Of a DNA stretch of 64,000 nt, positions 12,691 to 25,022 are shown piece by piece. The stretch covers positions 107,880,001 to 107,944,000 of the forward strand of contig NC_059427.1 of the NCBI RefSeq assembly GCF_021028975.2, given 5' to 3'. This stretch comes from Sphaerodactylus townsendi (taxonomy: Eukaryota). Positions within the stretch are counted from its first letter, which is position 1; every line of letters begins with the position of its first letter. Position numbers and translations under genes: made by a program. A model generated the notes under the pieces. The model did not search any database. It saw only the letters and a list, made by a program, of their open reading frames with translations, and had not been told where the DNA came from.

Positions 12691-13092
12691 CTCCACTGAA
12701 GCAGACATAGTAAAAAAGAAAGATGAGGTCTTTGCCTGGAAAGTTCTTGCTACAAAGACATTTTTGCCCCTTGGCACACTTTTCCCCAAGACACAGAAAA
12801 AAGCAGCAGTGAGTGAAATTAGATGTATTTCACTTTCCACTGCTTCCTTTTTCAAGCGAAATCTGATATATGTTCTTGAACTGCCAGGAAATCAAGGGCA
12901 GGGAATCTTTGTGTTTGTAACTAAAATAGAAAAGTAAGGTCAATCCTCTCTGTATTTCTATAGTGCTGAGTGATTTACTCAACTTCAGTGGCTGGAGAGC
13001 TCAGATTGTGGAAAGTGTGTGAAAGATTTGAGGAGGAAGGGCAAATGATGATCTGAGAATTGATCTAGAGCAGTTTAGCAGGAAGCAGGAAT

Positions 13093-13282
13093 TAGGGTTG
13101 CCAGTTCTGCGTTGGAGATGGTGGGGGGGGGAGCCTGTGGAAGGCAGGGTTTGGGGAGGGAGGGGATCTCAGCAGTGATATGATGCCATATGATCCACCC
13201 TCCAAAGCAGCCGTTTTCTCCAGGGAAACTGATCTCTGTCATCTGGAGATCACTTGTAATAGAAGGAGATCTCCAGTTGTCA
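13093..13282. mobile_element. MITE with TAGGGTTGCCA / TGGCAACCCTA termini (relatives at about 2487-2686 and 21745-21958)
   Basis: Exact terminal inverted repeats and a shared internal CCTCCAAAGCAG...TTTTCTCCAGG..AACTGATCT. Confidence 0.7.
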
Positions 13283-14149
13283 CCTGGAGATTGGCAACCC
13301 TAGTAGAAACAAATTCTGTATACAGTGTTTAGAGTCTTAACTGCCTTTCTAGACCTTGAATTTTCCTGTGTCTATATGATTCTTGAAGTATTCTGAAACC
13401 CACTTACTACATTCTTCCCATGGATGGGAATTCCAAAAGATAACTGTCATGTGAAGGAACTTATCCAAAGCAACACAATTCGTCGTAAATAGTGGCTCAG
13501 CAGTGCTGATAAGGACAGTCTGGTATAATGGACGTCTAGGATTTACTTATACTCTATGCACTACTTAGTGTTATTCACATCCTTTGGATTTCAAATAAGA
13601 GATGAAGTCATAGGCAAAATGTTATGACTTTATGGGACAAATCTTGTTGGTTTAGGATCATTGATACTTTCAAGCTATTTTTAGTTCTTCATCAAGCAGA
13701 AGTATAGAGGAAAGGAAAAAGAAGTAGCAGCAAATAAATCATGGGAAGATCCTGGAGCTGTCAGTTTTTCAGCTATCATCTGTAGCTGTGCCTTTAGCAG
13801 TGGCATGGTATGAAAGAATTAGCAGATGAAGGTTTTAACAGCATGGAAATAAACATTTATCACCTGCCCATTGCCACAGATTGAGCCACTGTTAAAAACA
13901 TGGACCCAGAGACCAGATGAAATGTTGGTATCCCATAACACAAATCTTACCTGCTAGTCAAACCTTTACTCAATACCATTCTTGCTTATTTAAAAAAGAA
14001 TCGTTACAAATGTTGTGCAGTTTCTGAGTGGTTCAACTTTTTGTTATTGTTAGTGTTGGCCTTCATACGCATCCAGTTTTTCCCAAGAACTTAGGATGTC
14101 GTAATGTATTGGTGTAGTATGTGAGCGAATCCAATCAATGTGGCTTGGA

Positions 14150-14785
14150 GAAGAAGAGTTTGGATTTATACCCCCATTTCAGAGGTGGGATCCAGCAGGT
14201 TCTCACAGGTTCCCGAGAGTAGGTTACTAATTATTTGTGTGTGCCGAGAGGGGGTTACTAATTGGTGATTTTGCCACGTGGTTTTTGCCTTAGTTACGCC
14301 CCTCCTCTCAGCATTAGCGCGCAGAACTTGAAGCAGTCTAGCAGGAGGTGCACCGGCGTGCGTGGCAGCCTGTGCCTGCGTGCATTCGTTTCCTGCCCAA
14401 GGACCGGCGCAGCGGCTGCATTCTTGCCACACCCCCGCCCAGGAATGCCCCGCCCCCCAGAATGCCCGGCCACGCCCCGTCGTGCCCTGCCCAGCCCCAT
14501 TGGCACTACGCCACAGTTTGAATCCCACCACCATGGGAACCTGTTAATAAAATTTTTGGATCCCACCACTGCCCCATTTTCTCTCCCATAAGGAGACTTG
14601 AGGCAGCTTACAAATTCCTTCCCTTTCTCTCCCCATAACAATCACCTTGTGAGATAAGTGGGGCTGAGAGTTATAAAGAACGATGACTAGCCCAAGGTCA
14701 CCCAACAGGAATGTAGGAGTGGGAAAACAAACCTGGTTCTCCAGATTAGAGTCCACCAGCTCTTAACCACTACACCACACTGGAG
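14150..14785 (-). mobile_element. Squamate SINE interrupted by a hAT MITE
   Basis: AGAAGAAGAGTTTGGATTTATACCCC...GACTAGCCCAAGGTCACCCA...CTCTTAACCACTACACCAC; related copies at about 4500-4710, 9740-10030, 22680-22960, 28560-28780, 37130-37330 and 51645-51965. Confidence 0.7.
14180..14571. mobile_element. Non-autonomous hAT-type MITE
   Basis: TIRs CAGAGGTGGGATCCA / TGGATCCCACCACTG; perfect 8-bp TSD CCCCATTT. Confidence 0.85.
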
Positions 14786-14906
14786 GTTTTTTGGGATGGC
14801 ACCCAGTGTACCAATAATCTTGGACCATGACTGCTGGCTTGTGCCATAAGCTTGTGACTATTATTGTTATTGTAACTTTATTGTTGTTGTTGCTGTTGTT
14901 AGTAAT

Positions 14907-14979
14907 GACTTTCATGGGAGAGGGCAGAAGGATCTTTCATAGGAGAGGGCAGGAGGACTTTCATGGGAGAGGGCAGGAG
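14907..14979. repeat. Tandem repeat, about 24 bp x3 (GACTTTCATGGGAGAGGGCAGGAG)
   Basis: Three imperfect units. Confidence 0.85.
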
Positions 14980-15347
14980 GATCTGGTGCTGCCCAGGCCA
15001 GCTAGTCCTAATCTGGTGGTTGAAGATTCATCTGCAGCTGGCATGCCTTGAATAGCCTGGAGGGAGTTAGCAGCAGCTGCAGGAGATTTTTCCTTCTGAA
15101 GTTAAACAATGGACAAAGAGAAGGCTGCAGACAGGACTCTGCAGTAGCTTTTAATTGACCAGAAGGAGTTTCTGGGGGAGTTGTTGGAATGAAATAGAGA
15201 TGAAAATTTGAGGGAGTTGACCTGGCATGTCTCTGAGTATGTCTTTCCTTCAAGCAGTACCAAGTAAAATAAACAAGAAAGAGATATTTGGCCAAACTGA
15301 CTTGGTTATTCCCCACCCCCACCCCTGACTTTTCTTCTCAGGTATCC

Positions 15348-15516
15348 ATGGGTAGTGGTTTTGGTGTCCCTGTTTGGATAATGGGTATGGCTTGGGTCTT
15401 GGTGATGCTGTGGGCAGGTGCTATGGGCATGGAGGATCGCTGCTTGCCTGGAGGGAAGCACAAAGCAAGTCCGAGCCCAGAAGGACATCTGGGTACCTGC
15501 CATCTCTATAGAGAAA
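15348..15516 (+). CDS. RTBDN: RTBDN coding exon 1 (signal peptide to CHLYRE)
   Basis: Acceptor ttctcag ends at 15341, ATG at 15348 (downstream Mets are alternative starts), donor gtaagt at 15517. The acceptor implies an unlocated upstream non-coding exon. Confidence 0.85.
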
Positions 15517-18500
15517 GTAAGTATAGATTACTTAATTATTAAAAGATTGTTTTAAGACTGTTTTTTTCCTGCAACAAGGGATTAAGTACAAACCAAAATA
15601 TGACTTCCAAAAGTGGGCATCCTGATCAGCAGCCTTGAGCTCAACAGTCAGCTTGCTTAAACTGAACCATGGCTAACACCCTATGGAAAGAAGGCAGGGA
15701 AGCAGTAGTCCATATTCTATTGGTAGTCTCTTCCAGAGTCTTGGCACTGCTGCTGAAAAAGCCCTGGAGCTTTTATTTTATTTTTTACTTGCCATTATTT
15801 GTAGTCCATCTTTCTCGCAGAGACAAGGTGGATTACAAATGTAGATCAGTTCAATCAGTAGGATGAGACATCTAGTAAGCAATGTGATAGGACTAGCATT
15901 GCAGAAATGGAGCTGTCATCTGAGCAAAGCATAAGTTTAAATATGATATACCGGTATTTATACAATGCAGAACATGATATTGCATAAGGAGAAGCACAGT
16001 GCATTTTCTTGGATCAATCCGTTGTGATATAGTCCTGTTTCCTTTATTAAAAATGTCCTCCTGAACAATTCTTTTTTACATAGTTTGCAAAATGCCTGGA
16101 GAGTTGGGAGCCTTCCTAACCTCATCAGGCAGGACATTCCAGCGGTTAGGGACCACTAGAGAGTATGGACAGTTGTTGATTGTGCCCTTCTGCTAGGTGG
16201 CATCTGTAGAAGTCCCAGCTCAGATTAGCAACACTATTGTGATGAGACTTAGGTGGAGAGGTGACCTTGCAGATATGAGGGTCCAAGGCCATGAAGGTCT
16301 TGCTATGTGATATCCAGTACTTTGAACTGACCTTGGAAACTGATTGCCAGCCAATGAAGTGCTTATAGAATGGGGCTGATATGCATACTCTTCCTAGCTC
16401 CTTGTAATAATCGAGCTGTGGCATTTTGTAACAACTGGAGTCTCTGAGCTAACTTTGAGGGGCAACCTATGTGGAGTGCATTACAGTAGTCTAGTCTTGA
16501 TGTTATTGTAGCATGGATGCAGATGGTCAGATTGGTCAAGCCCAGGTTGGGGGTGGGCAGCATTTCCTGGTCTGAGCTAAACCATTGGGATGGTCATAAA
16601 CAAGCTTGGAAATAACATTTATTTGCCCCCATCATCACTGATTTGTAAAACTTCCAATGGGCTGTACAGCATGTTTTGCTGGATTCAGTCAAAGTTTTCT
16701 GCCCACTAGACATCTTCTGGCCTCTTCAGGTCATCCAGCTCTGTAGTCAACCACAAGGCTAGCTTCTGCTTCAAGGAGAGATTGACAAGGAACAATCATG
16801 TAAATAGTTTCAAAAAGCTTTCTATTCCAAGTTCCCACCACGGCCTCAACAAAGCATGTGTTTGGAATCCTAAAATCCCTTAGGGTATTCTGGAATCCAA
16901 TAGGCTTGTGGAGGTGGACTATTTTAAATGCCTCCCACCCCAACCCACTCACCCTTTTGCAGAACACTGTCATGGTTGGAGGCCAAATCTTCAACCCCAA
17001 AACAAGACCTTCCATGAAAGAATGTATGCAAAAGATTAAGTGCTAGGGAGAGCGTCCTTTCTATGTTGGGCCCATCATGATTTGAGAGAAACCCAAAGCA
17101 GACAATACTATTACAAAATTTTGGATCAGCCCTGGTGAGGAGTACTCAGCATGAATGTTGAAATCACCCAGAAAAACCAGTCCGTGTCTTCAGCACCATG
17201 TTTGAGACTGCCTTTGCCAACTCAGAGGGGGTACTCCCTGGAGAACCAAGTGGTTAGGGAACAACCAGAATGCCTAACCTATCAATATGCTACATTAGGA
17301 GCATATAATCAATGCCAGCTATTGGATGTACCAGGAGTATGAGAAGATTGAAGGACTCGCCAAAGATAATAGCCACCTCTCTTCCCTGGCCACCTATGCA
17401 GAACTGATAAATGCATTGTGAAGCCAGAGGAATTAATTGAGATAGAAAGATTGTGTCATTTTTTTCCAACCATGTCTCTGGCCCTTTCCACACAGGCCAT
17501 CTAACACGGGATGTAATCCGTTTGGAGGGGAGCTTCACACGGTTCCCGCCCCTGCATCGGGTCTGCCTTGCTTTATCCACCCCAACCCAGCTTAAACTAG
17601 AATCCCACTATCTGTGATTCTTTTTAGAAAGGCCACGTTGGAGCTGCCACCAAGCAAATGGCCCCACGTGAGCGGCACATTACTCAGTCATGCCTTATTG
17701 TTTTCTCCTCCCTGCCTCTTTCCTGCATAGCCACGCAGGAGAACACGGACGCCCAGAGATGTCAGTATGGCTGCGGGGGTTGTCTGTGGCCTGTTGCATT
17801 GCTACGTAGTGGAGAGAGGAAGGTAAACAAAAAACAGACATACCTCTGTGTGAAGCCAGCAGCATTGGCTCCGGGGTCTTCCACACAGAGGCGTGTGAAC
17901 GGCCTGGGGCTGCACCAGGCTCATGTACCCCAGCTGCACCCCGTGTTTATTGGCCTGTGCAGAAAGGGCCTCTGTGCGTACGGCTAGTTTATTTTTTCCT
18001 GCTGTAGTAACCTGGACAAGTAATCTGGTATTGTACAATATTAAAGAAGGCAAGGGAATCCTTTCATCATCATCTGTATATTCGTTCTAGATTCCACATA
18101 GTTTTTGGTCTGGCCTTCTTTGTATTAGGCTGGTATGGAATGGGAGAAGTACTTCCTGATTTAGTTAACTATAGGACCAGCCTGGATTAACGTCCATTCA
18201 TTATGTTAGCTGGAAGATGCACCTGAAACAATTGGTGCAATTTAGCTCTATATATGTCGGCTGTAAACTCAGGAAAATGCAAATGGTCTAGATTTACCTG
18301 AAACCCAGAGAGGAAAATCAAGTCTCAAAAATGTCCTTCTGAACAAACAAAATGTCTTAAACAACATATTCTTGATTTCAGAGAATTTTTATTCCATGCA
18401 GGAGTTCCACCCCTTAAGTATTTCCAAATGAAAGACTTACGTGCTGTCTCTGAAAACAAAAGCAAAGTTATTATGTGTTCCTTTCTTACACAAATAATGA

Positions 18501-21500
18501 GAAGTTCTATGGACAATGTTTTTTGGGTCTGTTTCCTTTAGATAAGTGAGATCTACAGACAATTTTTGTAACTCTACAAGTAGAAAACTGGTAGAGACAT
18601 TCCTACAAACAGCAAATTGGTTACCCCCCATCAGAGGGGGAGACCTCATCCCAAGGTGCTTCACCGTTGGAGAACTTATAACTCCATCTCTCTGTTTCTG
18701 TCCCTTCAAAACTCCCCAGCTGGTATTTTCCCACACACACTTGAACACCTACCAATTCCCTTTTCTGAGAGGAGGAATATCTTACCTTCTTCTCTGACCA
18801 AAATTTGACACATGACAAAGGGTTCCTCTGTGACTCTCTGATATCGACTTTTCCAAATTAAAAAAATAATATGAAACTAAATCACATTGCTTGCCCAACT
18901 TTATGGGCTCTTAGAATCTTGTTCCTCCATTCTCATCTTTCAGCAGCCTTGAACATGCACAAACAATGAGCATGCCTGTGGGATTATCAGGGCCTCATCT
19001 GGGGCAAGAGACTGAGAGAACTGTCTGGAGGATTACAATTTAGGGGCAATGCTCCCTGTGTCTGTGTGAGCTTTAAAAATTGTGGGTTCAGGAACAGATG
19101 CTATCGTGGGGTGGGGGTGGGGCACGAATGAAGACAGTGGAAATACCAAATTTAATTCCAGGGCATCATGTTAGTTGCCTGTTGAGAATGATGCATATGG
19201 TAATTCATATAATTGATGGCAATTTCATACATTTAGCTCATCAAGTAGAAGCAACAGTTGTTGCAGAAGTGATGCTGTGGCTCAGTGGTACAGCATCTGT
19301 TTTGCATGCAGAATGTCTCAAGTTCAGTATCTCTAGTTTAAGAGGATCAGGTGATGGAAAAACCTCTTCCTGCAGTCCTGGAGAACCAGTGCTAGTCAGA
19401 ATAGTTCAGTACTAACCTTGATAGAACAATGGTCTGAATCTCTAGAAGGTACCTTAGTGTGCTCATTAATCACAGATAAGGTAATCAGAATGCAAAGGGG
19501 TTGTCTCAGTCCTGAGCGTACTAATAGAATGGCTCTTTTCATAGATTCCTGCTGCTCACCAGATGTCATCCAGGACCTTACCAAAGCCAACGACATCTAC
19601 TGGAATCGCTGTGGGAACCTCAGCAGCAGGTCAGACATAGTCCCAGCCCTCCAGAGGAAAAAGGAGCTGCCTGCTATAGCCATTTGCATTTCTTTTTCCA
19701 TAGACCACCAGTCATAGGGTTGTCACTTCTGGGAGGCAGCAGGTGGCTTTCCTTATGAAACTCCCATTGGTGGTTTGCAGGGCCTTTATGGGTTTGTTGC
19801 TCTTCAGCCCGGTTTTTTCTCCTATTTTCTGTTTGTGGTCCACTACCTTACGGAGACTATCAAGAATGATGTACTTAATAAGTGACTCTTGACCTATCTT
19901 TTAGGACGTTACTGTCTCCTCAATACCCATGTTAACCTTTCCCCTACAGATGTGAGGACTATCTTCAGCAAGTGGAATGTTTTTACCGTTGCTCTCCCAT
20001 TGCTGCCCAGTGGCCTCATCCTAAGCGACCCACAGCCGTACTGGCTGTGCCTTTTTGCCAGAACTTCTGTGATGAATGGTGAGTTTAGTCTGCAGGGGAG
20101 ACATCATGTGGAATATAAAGGAATAGTGGAAAGAATGATTTAGGACAGTGGAACATTAGCATTTATTTATTTGTGGGGAATTGAGATTCTTTAAGACCGC
20201 TACCAAAGAAATTGGTTGAATTCTGATTTCAGTTCTTTTGCTTTCTATAGGAAATCTATGATCTATTTATCTATTCATTCATTTAATTTGTACCTCACTC
20301 ATCCCCAACCAAAGTTTGTGCTGGCACAAAGTTGTGCTGTAACTATATTAACTGCTATATAGGCACTTGATATATAATTCTTGGGGATGGTACCCCACAG
20401 CTAAAAGATTCTCACTATCCACAGATATACCCTGTTCCACAGAAAGACCTGGTAAAATTGTAACTTCATCTGCCATTTCCTCCTGCCCCCTCCACATGCT
20501 CCACCCCTTACTTGTCATTTAGTCCAGACCAGGCTGCGATGAGGGGGGTGCAGTGGAGCACATGGGGGGGGGGGCAGGTGGAAATGGCAGATAAAGTTAC
20601 AATTTTACTTAGGTCTTTCTGTGGAAGGAAGAAAATAGAAAAGTGACTTCTGACAGACACTATCAGGAATAGAGAAGTGATAGAGAGAGGTGATATCCCT
20701 GTTCCGAATCACCTCTCTTAAGAGCGTGGGAATGGGTTTTGTGCCTTTTCTTTCTATCACTTCTCCATTCGTGACTAAGCCCACAGGAAGCTGCTTTTCC
20801 TATTCAAAGGCAACCTGTGGGCTGCTGATACAGCAGTTTTCCCAGAAGCTCTAAAGAAAGATGAGCAGGAGTATTGTTTAGCTATTGTATGTGACTGTGA
20901 ACAGTGTAGCTTTAGGGGCCACAACTTTGTATTCTATCATTAAGCTCCAACTGCCTTCCTCGCTTGCCCTACTCATCTCACCTCACAGGTATGATGCTTG
21001 CAAGGAAGACCTGACCTGCGCTCGCAATTGGCTTACTGACTGGCATTGGGGACCTGAGGGGAATAACTGCAATCGGGAGTGCATTTCATATGGCCAGGTG
21101 AGGGCAGCAAAGATGATCATTAACAACAGAGGCACTGCCTCCTCAGTACCAAGAGCCAGTGGCTTCTGGGATGATTCTGTAGGCAGCTCTGCTTAGGAGG
21201 GAAAGACAATTGTTTTGAAAATGAGGGGGTGAACAAGGATCAGGACTTCTCTCCCCTCAGGAAGGCGGCACCAATTACAGTTCAGCAAGTCCAAAGAACC
21301 AATGTCCTTTAAGTCAATTAGGTGACATGAAAGTGCTTTACTGGCAACTCAACTAATTGTTATCTCAAATTGTGAGGCTTTCTAGAAAATCCCAGTCTTT
21401 TACAGAATAATGTCTTCAGCTCCCATAAAAGGCATACATTTTAACAAAATCTAAACATTTAAGAAAAAGGGAGAGATTATATCAAGCCTTCACACACATA

Positions 21501-23842
21501 CATATGCACAACACTCTTTCCCCCCTCCTAAATAGAGCCTGTGGCGCAAGTGGTGACTTGCTTGTAATTAAGTCTCTGGGAGGAGCAACAACCTTATTTT
21601 GTTTATTTAGATATCTATCCCTTACTTCTGTCCCAACTGAGGACTCTAAAGGGCTTACGTAATTGTTCTCCCCTCGTCCATTTTATCCTCATAACAACCC
21701 TGCTAGGTTGAAAAAGAGAGCAGTCGATTCAGAAGCCTGGCTAGAGTTGCCAGCTCTGAGTTGGGAAACACATGGAGATTTTGTGAGTGGAGCTGGGGGA
21801 AGGCAATGCTTAGGAAAAACAAGGGCCTCACTGGTATATAATGTCACAAAGTCTCCCCTCTAAAGCAGACATTTTCTCCAGGAGAACTGATCTGTTATCT
21901 GGGAATCAATTGTAACACTGGAAGATCTCCAGTCAGCGTCTGGAGGATGGCAACCCCATGGCTCTCTTAGATCTTAGTCTGCCATTCTAATCACTACATC
22001 ATGCTGTCTTTCCACGGGCCTGAAAAAAATGAAAACAATCCCCTCCCTAATACCAATTATGAAGGCTTCAGGAACAAAAAGGAGCAATGCTAACATAGTT
22101 AGTGATGCCTGTTCAGTAGATTTATTTTTATGTTTCGAATGACGGAATCCTGGCTGCAGACAGGGCAGAAGGGAGGGTGGGAATGGCAGAAGCTGTAAAG
22201 GAATAAGCAAACATGTGTTAACTAAAGTTGGCAGCCCACATGAAATATGCGGTGGAGGAGGATCAACACTGACAGCTGAGCCAAAATTTGATTTGCTGGT
22301 CATGCAAACTCCAGAATGGGTAGCCATGTCAGTCTGTAGTTGCAAAATTAATACCTTTAACTCCAGGACTCATTTCAACAGATGCATCACACCACTAATT
22401 CCAGCATGACTGGGGGGTGGGGAGTGGGTAACGTTTCAAGGTGCCACTGGATTCCTCTTCTTTTTATCATGCTAATTGTGAAGCAGGAGTCACACTATAA
22501 TGGAAGAATCTGGCTTCTGTTTAAATGTTACTGTACGTCTGTCAGTTTTTAGTCGGAGTGTTGGCATCCCTAACAGACCAATCATTGGTGTATCAAGGTC
22601 AGTTCAATCAGCAGCCTCAAACTCAGGTCTTTAACAGCACCTGCTACATGATCCTGGAGATGCCAGAAACTGAGTCTTAAGAAGACCTTGTTTTTACATC
22701 CTTTTTTTTTCTACCATTAAGAAGTCTTAAAGTGGCTTACAATCACCATCCCTTCCCCTCCCCATAACAGACACCTTGTGGGGTAGGCGGGGTTGAGATA
22801 GTTTTGAGAAATCTGTGACTAGCCCAAGGTCACCCAGCTGGCTTAATGTGTAGGAGCAGGGAAACAAATCCAGTTCACCAGATTAGACTCCGCTGTTCAT
22901 GTAGAGGTGTAGAGAATCAAACCTGGTTGTCCAGATCAGAGTCCACTGTTCTTAAACTTAGAGCATCATACTGTACATCATACTACAAAGCAGATGCTCT
23001 AATTTCTGGCCACAGCTCTTCCCTATTTATCCAGATTGTAAATGTAGCTAGTTGTATTAGAATTGCAGCTATTCTATAAGTGTAACCAGATCATTTGTGA
23101 GAATGAACATTTTACAGAATGTTGCTATTTGGATCAATGAAATATTGAAAATTGTGAGAATCAGCTTTGGGGGGCTGGGTGGGATGGGGGGGTGTAGAGA
23201 TAAATGCTGATAGTCTGGATTCAGTAAAAGCCATCAGCCTTTCTCTACATACATACTCTGTCCACATCTAATTTGCATAGTTTTCAGTCTTTCATTGATG
23301 CAAATAGCAATATTCTATAAAATGTTCATTCTCACAAATGATCTGGTCAGCAAGACCATGAAGATTTCCAGGTCCATGGAAATATTCTAGTCCAACACAT
23401 ATTCTAGTCCATGTTCTCCCTACCAGAGATGCTCCTCAGCCTTTCTTTTCACCCCTGTGCTTCTCTGAACCTGTACCATCAGATGCCAATTGAAAGCTGT
23501 TTCAAACCTGTCCCCTGTCTTACATTATTCTTTTTGCTCTCTCAGATGTACAAGGATGGGAAGGAGCTCTGTGAGACCATCTGGGATGACTCTTTCGCAG
23601 TAAGCACTGATCCCTGTGAGTGCCTGACCCTGAGTGCTTCTGATACAGGCTTTTCAGCATCACGTTCCCGCCATGAAGATAGTGACAGTATTGAGGAACC
23701 TGAAACCCCCAAGAAGGACAGCAGGAGATCTGGCCGCAAAGGGCTTTGTCCAGGTAGCCCCTTGCTGCACCGTCTGAAAAAGAACCTGCGGAAGCGTTCT
23801 GTCTTCATGGAAGATGTGGAGGGTAGTGGGAGTGGCTTCTGA
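15348..23842 (+). CDS. RTBDN: Retbindin / riboflavin-binding protein-like (folate receptor family), 262 aa; join(15348..15516,19545..19629,19950..20078,20989..21097,23546..23842)
   Basis: Five exons with GT-AG junctions and phases 1,2,2,0 total 789 nt. The translation has a signal peptide and the motifs CLPGGKHKASPSPE, SCCS, YWNRCG, ECFYRCSP, FCDEWYDACK, CARNWLTDW and LCETIW, typical of riboflavin-binding protein/folate receptor. Tail-to-tail position next to RNASEH2A matches RTBDN synteny. Confidence 0.88.
15770..16550 (-). mobile_element. L2-type LINE 3' fragment in RTBDN intron
   Basis: ORF 16363..16563(-) IHATITSRLDYCNALHIGCPSKLAQRLQLLQNATARLL...HISPIL is the typical L2 RT C-terminal segment. 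Confidence 0.75.
19545..19629 (+). CDS. RTBDN: RTBDN coding exon 2 (NSCCSPDV...YWNRCGNLSSR)
   Basis: ttttcatag acceptor, gtcaga donor, phase matches neighbours. Confidence 0.88.
19950..20078 (+). CDS. RTBDN: RTBDN coding exon 3 (CEDYLQQVECFYRCSP...FCDEW)
   Basis: ccctacag acceptor, gtgagt donor. Confidence 0.9.
20435..20626. repeat. Inverted repeat (MITE-like) in RTBDN intron
   Basis: TTCCACAGAAAGACCT..GTAAAATTGTAACTT.ATCTGCCATTTCC pairs with GGAAATGGCAGATAAAGTTACAATTTTAC..AGGTCTTTCTGTGGAA. Confidence 0.8.
20989..21097 (+). CDS. RTBDN: RTBDN coding exon 4 (YDACKEDLTCARNWLTDW...CISYGQ)
   Basis: ctcacag acceptor, gtgagg donor. Confidence 0.9.
22680..22960 (-). mobile_element. Squamate SINE
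   Basis: Same family as 14150-14785 and 51645-51965. Confidence 0.7.
23546..23842 (+). CDS. RTBDN: RTBDN last coding exon (MYKDGKELCETIW...EGSGSGF*)
   Basis: Polypyrimidine/ctcag acceptor; in frame with ORF 23411..23842; ends at TGA. Confidence 0.9.
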   Translation: MYKDGKELCETIWDDSFAVSTDPCECLTLSASDTGFSASRSRHEDSDSIEEPETPKKDSRRSGRKGLCPGSPLLHRLKKNLRKRSVFMEDVEGSGSGF

Positions 23843-25016
23843 TCCAGTGAAGCTACCCTTCCAGGGAAAAACAGCCTCCTCCCCTTTGATTGCCTGGGGC
23901 TTGGGGGGATCGCTTGTGATCTATGCAAATCTGTCATGTCCCACCTTTACCAGTTTCTTGCCATCTTGTCTAGCTCTGTGCAACTTGGTGTGGTCATGAA
24001 GTAGGAAGCAGATCTGGCTCTGTAGCTGGGCTCTGAGTCTTATGCTCTAGTTAAGTACAGTTTGTCCTAAAAGAGCACCTTCATCTCCCATAAGCCTGCC
24101 TATGTTGTCCCTCCAACTTTCTTCATTGTATCTAGCTTGAAAGACAAGGTTAGAGAGACATTTGCTAGTGACAGTGACAGTCCCAGAAAGAAGACTTTCC
24201 TGTCTTACTGCTGTTCCCAGGTGCCTCAAAGAGCTGGCCCTAATGGTCCTTGATGAGATTCCTCTCAGAAAAGGACAACGGCAATGTATGTCTGTCAAAG
24301 GCTCCAGCATGGAACAGATTTAGGAATGCAGAGACTGTATAGTCTGAAAACAATAGGTGAGGTAACTGACACTGGGCAAAAGGAGTTAGGCCCTATTGCT
24401 TAAACTGCTTCAGGTACTGTGAGACTGAGTCAAAATGGAAGAGCCTTCATTGAACTCAACATGGAGGCAGCAGGCACTAGAGAAATCTCTGGCCAGTAGG
24501 TGGAGCTGGAGAACTATGTAGCTAGGTGAGTGAAGCCATCATCCCCATGCCAGAACAGCACAAGCTCCTGCCACAGAATACAGGACTGAGCCTAGCACTA
24601 GATGGAGCTTTCATGCAACTCCAGTGTGAGCAGAGAGAAGAGTGTATAGTTTGATAGCAGTTATTATTATGCAGCGTTCGAGGCTGGAAAAGCAAAGTTT
24701 CAAGTGCTCTGTATAAAATGTAAAATTAGAAGGGCTCAGCATCACAAAGCTTTTGTTCTAACGACCAAGGTTGTAAGCAAAGAGACCACCTAACCTTGAG
24801 CAGGGGGTGACATGAATGAATTTCCTACAAACTCAACCCCTGAATAGGCTCCAGTAGAAGTACTGTGCAAATTCCTGTAAGAATCACATATGCCTGCTTA
24901 CCCAAAACACATTATGAGCTGCATTTTCATGTCCTTCCTTGGTCACGTTTGCTGCAAAATGTACGTTCTGTATTGGCTCAAACCTATCAGTACTTGTGCA
25001 CATGTTGGGGATGGGT

Positions 25017-25022
25017 ATTAAA
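25017..25022 (+). terminator. Candidate RTBDN polyadenylation signal ATTAAA
   Basis: ATTAAA followed by GT/T-rich sequence; an AATAAA alternative lies at 25834. Confidence 0.35.

Noticed and set aside
14907-14979. Short regularly spaced repeats (also 3010-3054 and 28402-28453) as a CRISPR-like array
   Set aside because: Head-to-tail units with no unique spacers, in vertebrate DNA; ordinary slippage duplications
1-15340. MAST1 or another coding gene upstream of RTBDN, and HOOK2 beyond JUNB, expected from human synteny
   Set aside because: I could not identify exons of either gene in this window
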